The notes under the pieces are model-generated. The model worked only from the letters and a program-made list of their open reading frames with translations. It made no database searches and had not been told where the DNA came from. From Flavobacteriales bacterium (GTDB lineage Bacteria > Bacteroidota > Bacteroidia > NS11-12g > UBA9320): a stretch of 64,000 nt of DNA. Shown in pieces: positions 21,515-31,800 of the stretch (within the stretch, counting starts at the first letter, position 1; every line of letters starts with the position of its first letter). Both the position numbers and the translations under genes were made by a program. The stretch covers positions 159,429-223,428 of the forward strand of contig JACJZV010000004.1 of NCBI GenBank assembly GCA_020635395.1. Direction: 5' to 3'.

Positions 21515-21726
21515 TTTTTGACAGATTTAATATCCACACAATTGTTAAAACACTAATAATGAATGAATTAAAATGTGGGGGATTTTGAAATATTTTATCT
21601 CAATTCTAATCAATGGGCTTCCAAAACGAATAAAATTTGACTAAAAAATAAATTTGGTAGAGCAAAGTGGGGAACCATTTAAAGAGATTAAAAATGTAAG
21701 TTTGCCATTGCTTTTTTCATAACTCA

Positions 21727-22230
21727 ATGGAAGAAAACAGTTGGAAAGTGATATACGTGGGTGCCAGGCAGGAAAAAAAAGTTGCCAAGAAATTATCTGA
21801 ATTAGGTATAGAAAATTATTTGCCCCTTGCCAAAAGATTGAGCCAATGGAGTGACCGAAAAAAATGGGTCGAGTTCCCAATGTTCAATGGCTATTTGTTT
21901 GTTCGTCCCACACCAAAAGAACGAGAAATTGTTTTGCATCAACATGGGGTTATAAACTATTTGCGATTTGAGCAGGCTGACGCTATTGTAAAAAAACACG
22001 AAATCGAAATAATTCAAATAATAGAAAAAGAGGGTTATTACGCAGAAACCATTTTTACCTCGGATGATTTTGAAGTGGGTGACAAAGTGTTGGTAACAGA
22101 AGGTCCTTTAAAAGGGCAGGTTGTTGATTTATTGCGAAAAAACAACGAAAAAATGTTTCTAATTGCTTTTGATAGTATTGGCCAAAGCATAAAACTAAAT
22201 ATTCCCATGGAATTTTTGGCAAGAAGTTAA
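21727..22230 (+). CDS. UpxY-family (NusG-like) transcription antiterminator
   Basis: 167 aa. NGN-type N-terminus WKVIYVGARQEKKVAKKLSELGIENYLPL, then SQWSDRKKWVEFPMFNGYLFV, and a KOW-like C-terminus (GDKVLVTEGPLKGQVV). Confidence 0.8.
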   Translation: MEENSWKVIYVGARQEKKVAKKLSELGIENYLPLAKRLSQWSDRKKWVEFPMFNGYLFVRPTPKEREIVLHQHGVINYLRFEQADAIVKKHEIEIIQIIEKEGYYAETIFTSDDFEVGDKVLVTEGPLKGQVVDLLRKNNEKMFLIAFDSIGQSIKLNIPMEFLARS

Positions 22231-22258
22231 AAAAAAGGCCGCTCAAGCGGCCTTAAAA
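22229..22258. terminator. bidirectional rho-independent terminator between convergent genes
   Basis: AAGGCCGC-tcaa-GCGGCCTT perfect 8-bp GC-rich stem (22235-22254). It is preceded by A8 (a T-run for the reverse-strand ompA-like gene) and followed by TTAAAATTT. Confidence 0.65.
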
Positions 22259-22279
22259 TTTCCTATTAAACTGAATTGA

Positions 22280-23413
22280 TTAGAGCGTAAGGTGTAATTC
22301 CACCCTTCTGTTAAGAGCTCTTCCTTCGGCTGTATTGTTTGTAGCCACCGGATTTGCTTCGCCAAACCCATTTGAGGTCATGCGAGAAGCTGCTATTCCT
22401 TTGCCCTCAAGATACGCTTTAACTGATGCAGCTCTTCGTTTTGACAAATCCAAATTATGATCTGCACCGCCAGTATTGTCGGTATAGCCTTGAATATCCA
22501 ATGTTGATTTTGGATAGTCATTCATAATTTTAACTACTTTGTCCAATGATTCGTACGATTCGGCTTTCAAAACATCGCTATCTGTTTCAAAATAGATATT
22601 TTTAGCCAAAATCATTACCGTTTCTGCAACCTCAGAACAACCTGATTTAGTCACTTTCACTCCTTTAGGTGTATTCGGACATTTGTCGTCCTTATCCGGT
22701 ACTCCGTCATTATCAGAATCCATGTCAACCATTGCTCCAGCATTCTTGCCAGTCAAATTATAACCAACTCTTATAAATGGCGTTATACCTTGTCCAAAAC
22801 CATTTACCGAACCTCCAGGAAAAATTTCCTTAACGCCATCTGATATAGATGTTGCATCTCCGGTTTTAAACATGCCGTAGGCAAGGTTCAATTCCATCCC
22901 CACATAGAAGCTTTGATTAATCCAATAATCTGCTCCGATGAAAGGTGCAATTGTGATACCACTAAAATTAAAATCAAAGGTTTCATTATGATTAGCGACA
23001 TAACCGCTATCAATCGCATTTGTACCTGTCAATCCAATCTTTCCGGTCCTAAATCCAAGACTTCCACCCCAAAAAGGCGAAAATCTTGAGTTTCCATTCC
23101 AGTGTTTTTCAACACCCAATCCGATACCAAAACTTGATATTTTTGTTACATAATCTCCTTTAATGTTTACACTATCAGGTGCAGCAATAAAGTTTTGGGT
23201 GATATTAGCATTATTAAAGCTAAAATCTGCTCTCAACCCAAGCGTAGGAGATAAAAAATATCTTGCTCTTAAATTGGGTAATATAAAATTGGGACCTATG
23301 GAATTTAAGTTTCCACCGGCCTCAATCAATACATCACCATCTGTTTGTTTTTGAGCAAAACCATTTGCACCAAACACACCAAGTATCAGTAATATTATAC
23401 TGAATCTTTTCAT
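22280..23413 (-). CDS. OmpA family outer membrane protein (beta-barrel + TSP3 repeat + OmpA-like domain)
   Basis: Signal peptide MKRFSIILLILGVFGANGFAQ (start moved to ATG 23413). DSDNDGVPDKDDKCPNTPKG is a thrombospondin type 3 repeat. The C-terminal OmpA domain carries GYTDNTG...NLDLSKRRAASV and NRRVEL. Confidence 0.85.
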   Translation of the reverse strand: MKRFSIILLILGVFGANGFAQKQTDGDVLIEAGGNLNSIGPNFILPNLRARYFLSPTLGLRADFSFNNANITQNFIAAPDSVNIKGDYVTKISSFGIGLGVEKHWNGNSRFSPFWGGSLGFRTGKIGLTGTNAIDSGYVANHNETFDFNFSGITIAPFIGADYWINQSFYVGMELNLAYGMFKTGDATSISDGVKEIFPGGSVNGFGQGITPFIRVGYNLTGKNAGAMVDMDSDNDGVPDKDDKCPNTPKGVKVTKSGCSEVAETVMILAKNIYFETDSDVLKAESYESLDKVVKIMNDYPKSTLDIQGYTDNTGGADHNLDLSKRRAASVKAYLEGKGIAASRMTSNGFGEANPVATNNTAEGRALNRRVELHLTL

Positions 23414-23437
23414 AATTGAAAATCCTTGTGTGTTCAA

Positions 23438-24121
23438 TTATTTCAAAAGAAAACCTACTCTGAAAGAAGGGTTAATGAATTCGCCTAAAGTAGAAACCTT
23501 GCCACCCGGAGTAACAGTGGTAGAAGTACTTGGAGTTGTTCCACTTGTTACTGTCATTTCTTCATCACCAACAGTGGCCGCGGTAAAACCGAATCCTAAT
23601 TGGGTACCAAGGTAGAATGAATTTCCAACCCAATAATCAGCACCAAGCAAGGCTGCAATGCCAAATGAAGAAACTTTCATTGAACTTGTAGAGCTGTAGT
23701 TTGCCATATACGTGCTACCATCAGAGTTTGAACCTTCTGTAGAAAAACTTCCACTTGAAAATCCTAATTGAGCACCAACAAATGGAGAAAAACGATTGTT
23801 TCCTGAAAAATGATTTTCAATACCCAACCCTACACCAAAACCAGAAGCCTTTGCCATGTATGAACCAGCAGTACCTGTTCCATCCGGAAATTCTTTAAAA
23901 TTGGAAGTAGCACTTGTACTGTTAATAGACAAATCTAAACGGGCTACCATGTTGTCAGACAAGAAATATCTGAAACGAAGACTTGACAAACCGAAGTTGT
24001 CATTTAAAGTAGATAAATTGAATTGTGCCTCAGTGGCCAAATCACCTTGAACCGGTTTTTGAGCCAATACAAAAATTGAAGACAACAAAAGAATCGAAGT
24101 TGTGATAAATGCTTTTTTCAT
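23438..24121 (-). CDS. outer membrane beta-barrel protein, paralog of the N-terminal domain of the downstream OmpA-family gene
   Basis: Signal peptide MKKAFITTSILLLSSIFVLAQ with alternating beta-strand pattern. It aligns by eye with the neighbour (GDLATEAQFNLS...LRFRYFLSD versus GDVLIEAGGNLN...LRARYFLSP, and NRFSPFVGAQLGF versus SRFSPFWGGSLGF). Confidence 0.7.
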   Translation of the reverse strand: MKKAFITTSILLLSSIFVLAQKPVQGDLATEAQFNLSTLNDNFGLSSLRFRYFLSDNMVARLDLSINSTSATSNFKEFPDGTGTAGSYMAKASGFGVGLGIENHFSGNNRFSPFVGAQLGFSSGSFSTEGSNSDGSTYMANYSSTSSMKVSSFGIAALLGADYWVGNSFYLGTQLGFGFTAATVGDEEMTVTSGTTPSTSTTVTPGGKVSTLGEFINPSFRVGFLLK

Positions 24122-24189
24122 ATCTTAAAACTTTTTGCACAAACTTATGATTATTTTTTTTTGATAAACAAATGATTTTTAAACAACTA

Positions 24190-24516
24190 TTAAACCGCGA
24201 AGCTCTCACCGCAGCCACAAGTTCTTGTTGCGTTTGGGTTAATGAAGTTAAATCCGCGTCCGTTCAGCCCGTCTGTAAAGTCTAATTCGGTGCCACACAA
24301 ATACAAAAATGATTTCATATCGCACACAATTTTGGCACCGTTTGATTCAAATACCTGATCACCTTCTTTCTCCTCATTATCGAAGTCAAGGTTGTAACTC
24401 AAACCGCTGCAGCCTCCGCCAATTACCGAAACTCGAATAAAATAGTCTGCTGTAAGATGTTCTTCAGCCATCAATTGGTTTATTTTTGTCAGAGCCGGTG
24501 GTGTTATTGTTATCAT
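24190..24516 (-). CDS. iscA: iron-sulfur cluster insertion protein, HesB/IscA family
   Basis: 108 aa with GGGCSG and a C-terminal CGCGESF motif. Third gene after iscS-iscU. Confidence 0.82.
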   Translation of the reverse strand: MITITPPALTKINQLMAEEHLTADYFIRVSVIGGGCSGLSYNLDFDNEEKEGDQVFESNGAKIVCDMKSFLYLCGTELDFTDGLNGRGFNFINPNATRTCGCGESFAV

Positions 24517-24519
24517 AAC

Positions 24520-24918
24520 TTATGCAATCTCTTCCAACCCTTGTTTTTTGCGATAATCGTTGATGGCGGTTTTTATGGCATCTTCTGCCAAAACAGAGCA
24601 GTGAATTTTAACCGGCGGCAGTGCCAATTCTTCCACAATTGCCATGTTGTCTATTTGCATGGCCTCATCGATGGATTTTCCTTTTAACCATTCTGTGGCC
24701 AATGATGAGGAGGCAATGGCCGAACCACAGCCAAATGTCTTGAATTTCGCATCTTCGATTATTCCGGTGGCATCATTTACCTGAATTTGAAGACGCATTA
24801 CATCACCACATTCGGGTGCCCCAACAAGGCCAGTGCCAACGTTTTTCGACTCTTTATCCAAGGTTCCTATGTTTCTTGGATTGTTGTAATGATCAATAAC
24901 TTTTTGTGAGTATGCCAT
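24520..24918 (-). CDS. iscU: Fe-S cluster assembly scaffold IscU
   Basis: YNNPRNIGT, GAPECGDVM, FKTFGCGSAIASSS and LPPVKIHCS motifs. Confidence 0.93.
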   Translation of the reverse strand: MAYSQKVIDHYNNPRNIGTLDKESKNVGTGLVGAPECGDVMRLQIQVNDATGIIEDAKFKTFGCGSAIASSSLATEWLKGKSIDEAMQIDNMAIVEELALPPVKIHCSVLAEDAIKTAINDYRKKQGLEEIA

Positions 24919-24945
24919 TTTTTGTCTTTTTCAATTGTTGTTATA

Positions 24946-26163
24946 TCAGTGTTCTTGCCACTGAACAGATTTTAAATCAATACCTTCTTTAAACATTTCC
25001 CAGAGTGGACTCATGTCTCTCAACTTATTAACTGCTGTTTTAACATGGTCTATGGCAAAATCTATTTCCTCTTCGGTGGTAAACCTGCCCAATCCAAATC
25101 TAAGTGAGCTGTGAGCCAGTTCATCATCCAATCCTAAATTTTTGAGAACATAACTTGGCTCTAATGAAGCCGATGTGCATGCCGACCCTGATGAAACGGC
25201 GATATCTTTTACCCCCATCATCAAGCCCTCCCCTTCAACATATTTAAAGGAAATGTTGGTTACATGAGGCAACCGATTTTCTTTGTTTCCATTTACATAG
25301 GCTTCTTCAATGGTCAACAATTCGGCCTCCAATCTGTCTCTCATTCTCGATAATCGGGCAGCCTCATCAGCCATTTCATTTTTGCACAATTCGCATGCTT
25401 TGCCAAACCCCACAATGCCGGGAACATTTAGCGTACCGCTTCTCATGCCTCGCTCATGGCCGCCACCACTCATTTGTGCCGTTACTTTTACCCGTGGGTT
25501 TTTTCTCCTCACATACAACGCCCCAACACCTTTTGGCCCATACATTTTGTGAGCCGAGAACGACATCAAATCAATTTTCATCGCCTCCACATCTACCGGA
25601 ATTTTACCAACGGCTTGGGTTGCATCGGTATGAAAAAGCACGTTGTTTCTGCGGGCTATATCCGCTATTTTTTCAATGGGTTGAATTACTCCAATTTCGT
25701 TATTCCCCAACATTACCGAAATAAGTATTGTTTTGGGTGTAATAGCCGCTTCCAGCTCATTTAAATTTATCAAACCATCGGCATTCGGTGCGAGGTAGGT
25801 TACTTCAGCCCCGCTTTTCTCCACTTCTTTGCACGAATCCAAAATGGCTTTGTGTTCTGTATTGACCGTTATGATATGGTTACCTTTGGCCGCATACATT
25901 TCAAAAACACCTTTGATTGCCAAATTATCAGACTCTGTTGCACCCGAGGTAAAAATAATTTCTTTTGAAGAAGCATTAATAAGTGCTGCGATTTGCTCGC
26001 GAGCATAGTCAACAGCCTCCTCTGCATCCCAACCAAAAGGATGATTTCGGCTGGCCGCATTTCCAAATTTTGAAGTAAAATAAGGCATCATTGCTTCCAA
26101 AACCCTCGGATCCATTGGGGTTGTAGCATTGTTGTCGAGATAAATCGGTAACGATAACGTCAT
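24946..26163 (-). CDS. iscS: cysteine desulfurase IscS
   Basis: PLP lysine context [12 protein letters not shown] and active-site loop [17 protein letters not shown]. 405 aa. Confidence 0.93.
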   Translation of the reverse strand: MTLSLPIYLDNNATTPMDPRVLEAMMPYFTSKFGNAASRNHPFGWDAEEAVDYAREQIAALINASSKEIIFTSGATESDNLAIKGVFEMYAAKGNHIITVNTEHKAILDSCKEVEKSGAEVTYLAPNADGLINLNELEAAITPKTILISVMLGNNEIGVIQPIEKIADIARRNNVLFHTDATQAVGKIPVDVEAMKIDLMSFSAHKMYGPKGVGALYVRRKNPRVKVTAQMSGGGHERGMRSGTLNVPGIVGFGKACELCKNEMADEAARLSRMRDRLEAELLTIEEAYVNGNKENRLPHVTNISFKYVEGEGLMMGVKDIAVSSGSACTSASLEPSYVLKNLGLDDELAHSSLRFGLGRFTTEEEIDFAIDHVKTAVNKLRDMSPLWEMFKEGIDLKSVQWQEH

Positions 26164-26191
26164 TATTTTTATTTAGATTAATTCTACACTG

Positions 26192-26199
26192 CAAATATA
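26192..26199 (-). promoter_or_regulatory. candidate Bacteroidota -7 promoter box for iscSUA
   Basis: The reverse strand reads TATATTTG (consensus TAnnTTTG), 28 nt upstream of the iscS ATG. Confidence 0.3.
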
Positions 26200-26322
26200 A
26201 CTGCATAAATCAGAAATTGTTTACAACTCTTGGAGAATTTAGTTGTGCCGGCCACTTTGAGCCAAAGACCCAATCGAATCAATCCAACTTTTATTTTTAC
26301 TTTGCCCAAAATTCATAAAACA

Positions 26323-26739
26323 TTGATACGTAAAATCGAACATTTGGGGATTGCAGTTAAATCATTGATTGATTCGGATGATTTATTTTCAAAATTGCTA
26401 AACATAGAACCCTACAAAAAGGAAGTGGTGGAGTCGGAGGCCGTTTCAACATCCTTTTTTTTGTTGGGACAGACAAAAGTGGAACTTTTGGAGTCGAAAA
26501 ATGAAACCAGTGCCATTGCAAAATATATTGACAAACGGGGCGAAGGCATACATCATATTGCCTTAGATGTAATTGACATGGACTTTGAAATTGACCGACT
26601 AAAAAAACTCGGATTCCTTTTTATTAATGAAAATGCCAAGGCAGGTGCCGACGGCAAAAAAATTGTTTTTCTTCATCCTAAGTCCACCAATGGTGTGTTG
26701 GTAGAACTATGCGAAGACATAAACAACCCAACTGTTTAA
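26323..26739 (+). CDS. mce: methylmalonyl-CoA epimerase (VOC/glyoxalase fold)
   Basis: IEHLGIAVKS, GEGIHHIALDV and HPKSTNGVLVELCE motifs. The track ORF starts at 26230, but its extension is not family-like. The in-frame TTG at 26323 gives the usual ~138 aa. Confidence 0.72.
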   Translation: MIRKIEHLGIAVKSLIDSDDLFSKLLNIEPYKKEVVESEAVSTSFFLLGQTKVELLESKNETSAIAKYIDKRGEGIHHIALDVIDMDFEIDRLKKLGFLFINENAKAGADGKKIVFLHPKSTNGVLVELCEDINNPTV

Positions 26740-26754
26740 TACTACTTTTGCACT

Positions 26755-27942
26755 ATGCTTGCTCAAACAATAAAACAACTTTGCAACCAACATTTTAGCG
26801 AAATTCAAGCGTTTCGACAAGAAATGCATGCCAACCCCGAACTTTCGTTTCAAGAATTTGAAACACAAAAACGGGTAAAAGCGTACCTCGAAAAAATTGG
26901 CATTCAAAACATTCAAACATGTGCTACCACAGGTTTGGTAGCGTTGATTGAGGGGAAAAAACCTACGAAGAAAACCATTGCTCTTCGAGCAGATATTGAT
27001 GCCTTACCGATTAATGAACTAAACAACTGCTCGTACAAATCTCAAAACGAAGGAGTTATGCACGCCTGTGGACACGATGTGCATACGGCCAGTCTTTTGG
27101 GGGCGGCACAAATTCTCCAACAACTAAAAAATGAATTTGAAGGAACGATAAAACTGGTTTTTCAACCTGGAGAAGAAAAATTGCCCGGCGGTGCCTCTAT
27201 TATGATACAAGAGGGTGTGCTGCGAAACCCCACCGTTGAAAAAATGGTTGGCCAACATGTGATGCCTCTGATAGATGCAGGGAAAGTGGGATTTAGAAAA
27301 GGTTTATATATGGCCAGTGCCGACGAAATTTACATTACCATTCACGGCAAAGGTGGCCACGCCGCACATCCGCATCAAAACATTGACCCGGTAGCCATTT
27401 CTGCACAGGTTATAACGGCCTTGCAGCAAGTGGTTAGCCGACAGGCAAAACCTTCAATACCCAGTGTGCTGAGCATTGGTAAAATTGTTGGCCTGGGAGC
27501 CACCAACATCATTCCGGACAAGGTAGAAATGGAAGGCACTTTTCGCACGTTTAATGAGGAGTGGCGGGCAGAAGCTCACCAAAAAATAGTCAAAATAACC
27601 CGCGAAATTACCGAAGCACTTGGTGGCACATGCGATGTGGAAGTAAAAAAAGGGTATCCGTATTTAGAGAACAACCCTGAGGTGACAGAGCAGGCAAAAA
27701 AATCTGCAATCGAGTATTTGGGAGAAGAAAATGTATTGGATTTGGACATTTGGCCTGCCGGAGAAGATTTTGCTTTTTACTCGCAGGTTGTGCCAAGCAC
27801 TTTTTATAGATTGGGAATACGAAACCAACAGAAAGGAATAACCTCAATGCTACATACGCCCACTTTTGATATTGACGAAGAGGCACTTCGGGTGGGTGCT
27901 GGGTTGATGGCCTATATTGCCCTAAAACAATTAGCCGAATGA
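26755..27942 (+). CDS. M20D family amidohydrolase (aminoacylase/hippurate hydrolase type)
   Basis: RQEMHANPELSFQEFET, MHACGHDVH and FQPGEE motifs. 395 aa. Confidence 0.85.
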   Translation: MLAQTIKQLCNQHFSEIQAFRQEMHANPELSFQEFETQKRVKAYLEKIGIQNIQTCATTGLVALIEGKKPTKKTIALRADIDALPINELNNCSYKSQNEGVMHACGHDVHTASLLGAAQILQQLKNEFEGTIKLVFQPGEEKLPGGASIMIQEGVLRNPTVEKMVGQHVMPLIDAGKVGFRKGLYMASADEIYITIHGKGGHAAHPHQNIDPVAISAQVITALQQVVSRQAKPSIPSVLSIGKIVGLGATNIIPDKVEMEGTFRTFNEEWRAEAHQKIVKITREITEALGGTCDVEVKKGYPYLENNPEVTEQAKKSAIEYLGEENVLDLDIWPAGEDFAFYSQVVPSTFYRLGIRNQQKGITSMLHTPTFDIDEEALRVGAGLMAYIALKQLAE

Positions 27943-28307
27943 CCAAAAACGCCAAAAAAGAATTGGGCGAAAAAGGAGAAGAACTTGCCGCAAAACACCT
28001 GCAATCAAAAGGTTATGAGATAATTCACAAAAACTACCGAAGCGGTCGAGCCGAAATAGACATTATTGCTCAAATAGGCAACGACACTGTTTTTGTAGAG
28101 GTTAAAACCAGAAACACACACTATTTCGGTAATCCTGAAGAATTTGTCTCGACCAACAAAGAACAGCTATATTTTGCGGCAGCCGATGAATACTGCTCAA
28201 AAAATGAAATTGAACATGGTATTCGCTTCGATATAATCTCCGTAGTTATAGAAAAAAACAACACCGAAATAACGCACTTTGAAGATGCGTTCTGGCCCAT
28301 GGCGTAA
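27939..28307 (+). CDS. yraN: YraN family (UPF0102) endonuclease-like protein
   Basis: 122 aa with GEKGEELAAKHLQSKGYEIIHKNYRSGRAEIDIIA...VFVEVKTR, a PD-(D/E)xK-type motif typical of YraN. Confidence 0.8.
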   Translation: MTKNAKKELGEKGEELAAKHLQSKGYEIIHKNYRSGRAEIDIIAQIGNDTVFVEVKTRNTHYFGNPEEFVSTNKEQLYFAAADEYCSKNEIEHGIRFDIISVVIEKNNTEITHFEDAFWPMA

Positions 28308-28883
28308 CTGTACCATTTTGGGTTGTGCATAAAGCCTATTGAGAATTCCTCATTTCTGCAATGTGAGACCTCTTCCCGAAGCCCACAAACAACCGACTGA
28401 TTATAAAAGGTTTATCAAAATCGCACATCTTTATTATAGTTGACAATTTACGGCAATAGGTTAGAAAAGGTGCTATTATACCCAATGTACCAATTAAGTT
28501 TCAATCTATTTTCCTATGCACATATTCTAATCAAATAGAAAATACTGGGCGTTATTCTTTCGTAAAAATCTGATTTAATTTGGGGTATAACTGTGTATTC
28601 AAACTTATTTGTAACATAAGAATAGTTCGATTGTACTAAATTTAGAACACATCTCAATTTTCCTTTTTTCTTAAATATAATGCATTAATAATCAAATAAT
28701 TAACATCAATTATCCACCTTTCATTTTTACTTAAGAGTTTCTCATATCCCAAGTCTATTTCCAAAATTGAGAGATATAAACAACCTCTCGATTTGTTCGA
28801 TATTTCAGATACATCTTGGTTTGCAAAAGTGATAATGGCTCATAATGCCATTAATTAAGTTGTTATTCAAAAAAAATAGAAAT

Positions 28884-31800
28884 ATGCAAAAATTATCTTT
28901 TACCCGCTTAAAGGTAGTTCTGTTGGCTGTTGTGGGAGTTATTTTGTTCAGCTCAAACAAAGTTCTTTCACAGCCCTGTTACTCAGGTTATCAGTACAGA
29001 GTACCAATTATTATAGACAACAGTAAAAATTCATCCCTCTCCGATTTTCAATTAATGATAACCATCAACAGTTATTCATTAATTACAAATGGTAAGATGC
29101 AAAGTTTAGGTCAGGATTTAAGATTCTTGAACAGTAAGGGCACGTATTTACCGTTTTGGATTGAAGATAATACGATTAATACCTCCACAACCAATGTTTG
29201 GATAAGGGTAGATACATTGCATAATTACACCAACGATACAATTTATATGTATTATGGTAATTCGACTGCATCCGCAGCGAGCAATTCACAAACCACTTTT
29301 CAGTTGATGGATGATTTTAATGGCTCCTCTCTTTCTGGTTCGTGGTCGAGCTGCGGAAGTGGAAGTGCCTCTGTAACCGGAGGAAAATTAAACCTATCTT
29401 CAACTGGCGGGAGTATTGCCATAAAATCTTCAACAGGTTTTACCGGCTCTCTTTTGGTGGAATTGTTGGGCGTAAACTATGCCTCCGGAAATTTAATTGC
29501 GGGCCAAATAAACACCTCAGATTATGGCTACGGGATTTTGCACAACGGTAGTACAGTGCAGATGAACACTCTTGCACCCAATTCGGGTTGTTATGCATGG
29601 TCAGGTTTTGGCTCTACAAACTCCACAAGTATTGGTTCAAAACTGAGCTTTGTTTGGAGCGGAAGCACTCAAATTGCAAATTGGAGTACTTCAGGAATGA
29701 CAACTACAAATTCAACCAACAGCAGTACAACATACCAACGCGGTTTTGTTAGTCTAAGCGGCTCTGCGGGTTCTGTGCAAATTGATCAAATTAGGATTAG
29801 GAAATATGCAGTGAACACACCAAGCTATTCCATTAGCAATGAGCAAAACATGAACTACACCATTAGTGCTACCTATTCTACACCTCTTTGCGAGGGAGGG
29901 AACTTGTTTCTTCAAGTAAACAGCATTACCGGTGCAAAATATAGTTGGACGGGGCCTAATGGATTTACGTCCAAACTACAAAACCCACAAATTACAGGTG
30001 TAAAACAAACCGATGGCGGGCGATATGATTTAACCGTTGAAATACCGAATGGGTGTGCCAGCAAATCATCATCAGTTAACGTAAACGTATCCGCTAAAGC
30101 AGTGGGTGGAACGATAAGCGGAACACAAACGGTATGCCCCAATTCAAATGCAGGACAGCTTTCATTAAGCGGTCATACGGGTAACGTGCAGCGTTGGGAT
30201 TCGGCTCATTCATCTACCGGCCCATGGTATCCTATAAAGAATACAGGATTAAACCAAGCATACCTTAATTTAAGTGCAACGACCTATTATAGAGCCATAG
30301 TTGCCAACGGAAATTGTTCTGTGGATAGTTCGTCTATTGCCACCATTACCGTGACACCTCCTTCTGATGGCGGTTATATTGATGGAGCCGCAACGGTGTG
30401 TGCCTCCGCCAATTCAGGTATTGTTACAGTAAAAAGCTATGTTGGCAATATTTTGAGATGGCAAAGTAGCTTAAACGGAAATTTGTGGACGGATATAGTT
30501 AATAAAGGAGCAAACCATAGCTACAACAACCTTGCACAATCTACCCATTTTAGAGCTGTTGTTCAAAACGGCAATTGTGATGTGGCCTTTTCTACGCCCG
30601 CACTTATTACGGTTGATCAACCTACATTAGGCGGATATGTTGACGGCAGTGCCTCCGTTTGTAGTGGTAGCAACAGTGGCTGGTTGGTGCTAAAAAATTA
30701 TCGAGGTAGTGTACTTTCTTGGGAGTATTCTTTAACCGGTTCTACTATATGGTATGCGGTTTCTAACACAACCGACAGCTTAAAATATCAAAACATAACC
30801 CTTTCAACTCAATACAGAGCGGTGTTAAAAAACAACACGTGCAACGTAGAAGTTTCTACACCCGCCACATTGGCTATTGTTGGTCAGTCGGCATCCGGCA
30901 CCCTAAGTGGTGGAAAAGAAGTGTGTGCATCTGGAAATTCAGGAGTTATGAATTTGGCCAACTACACCGGAAAAATTGTTAAATGGCAATATAACACGCC
31001 CAATGCAACATGGACAGATATTTCGCATACTGCCGATGTGTATTATTTTTCAAGTCTTTCAGACACTACAAATTATAGGGTAATTGTAGCCAACGGAAGT
31101 TGCCAGGCAGATACCTCAAACGTTCAAACCATTCTTGTAAATCCAGTTTCGAACGGAGGTTACATTGATGGCGATGATTTGATATGTGTGAGCAGTGGCA
31201 AAGCCTCGATTGAACTAAAATCGTGGGTGGGTGATATTGAAGATTGGCAAACATCTACCAGCGGTTATGCACCCTGGATTTCAACAAACAAAACTTCTTC
31301 TACCATCACCCTTGATACTATTAAAGCCAACTGCTATGTGCGGGCAATAGTGAAAAGCGGGGTTTGCCAGAGCCAAAATTCAACCATTTACAAAATTACC
31401 GTAAGCTCTTTGAGCGATGCAGGAAAAATTTCTAACGATATAAACCTATGTAAAGGCAGCAATTACGGAGTAATAAAAATAAGCAACTACAGCGGAGATG
31501 TTGTAAAATGGCAAACCAGCACATCTACTACTGGTGGATGGTCGGATGTATTTAGAAATACAGACCGATATGATGTGCAGAATATCGACACAAGCGAATA
31601 TGTGAGAGCCATAGTTCAAAACGGAGTATGTCCATCCGACACAAGTGATGTAGCCGCCATTATTGTTCATGAATATAGCGATGGTGGAAATATTTTTGGT
31701 GACACCATATTCTGTTCATCCACAAACAATGGAATTGTAACCCTTGCCAACATTACCGGGGTAGTAAACCATTGGGAGTATAGCACCAATTTGGGTGGAA

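Noticed and set aside
21451-21537. 29-codon N-terminal extension of mraZ in the track ORF
   Set aside because: The extension is not MraZ-like and covers the phased GTGGG operator repeats. The canonical MraZ N-terminus begins at ATG 21450.
24190-26163. iscSUA lacking hscB-hscA-fdx as a possible anomaly
   Set aside because: Short isc operons with chaperones encoded elsewhere are common, and the rest of the genome is not visible, so no conclusion is possible.
26230-26322. N-terminal extension of the epimerase ORF
   Set aside because: The family normally starts a few residues before the IEHLGIAV strand. The extension is Pro/Thr-rich and non-conserved-looking, and an in-frame TTG at 26323 fits the usual length.
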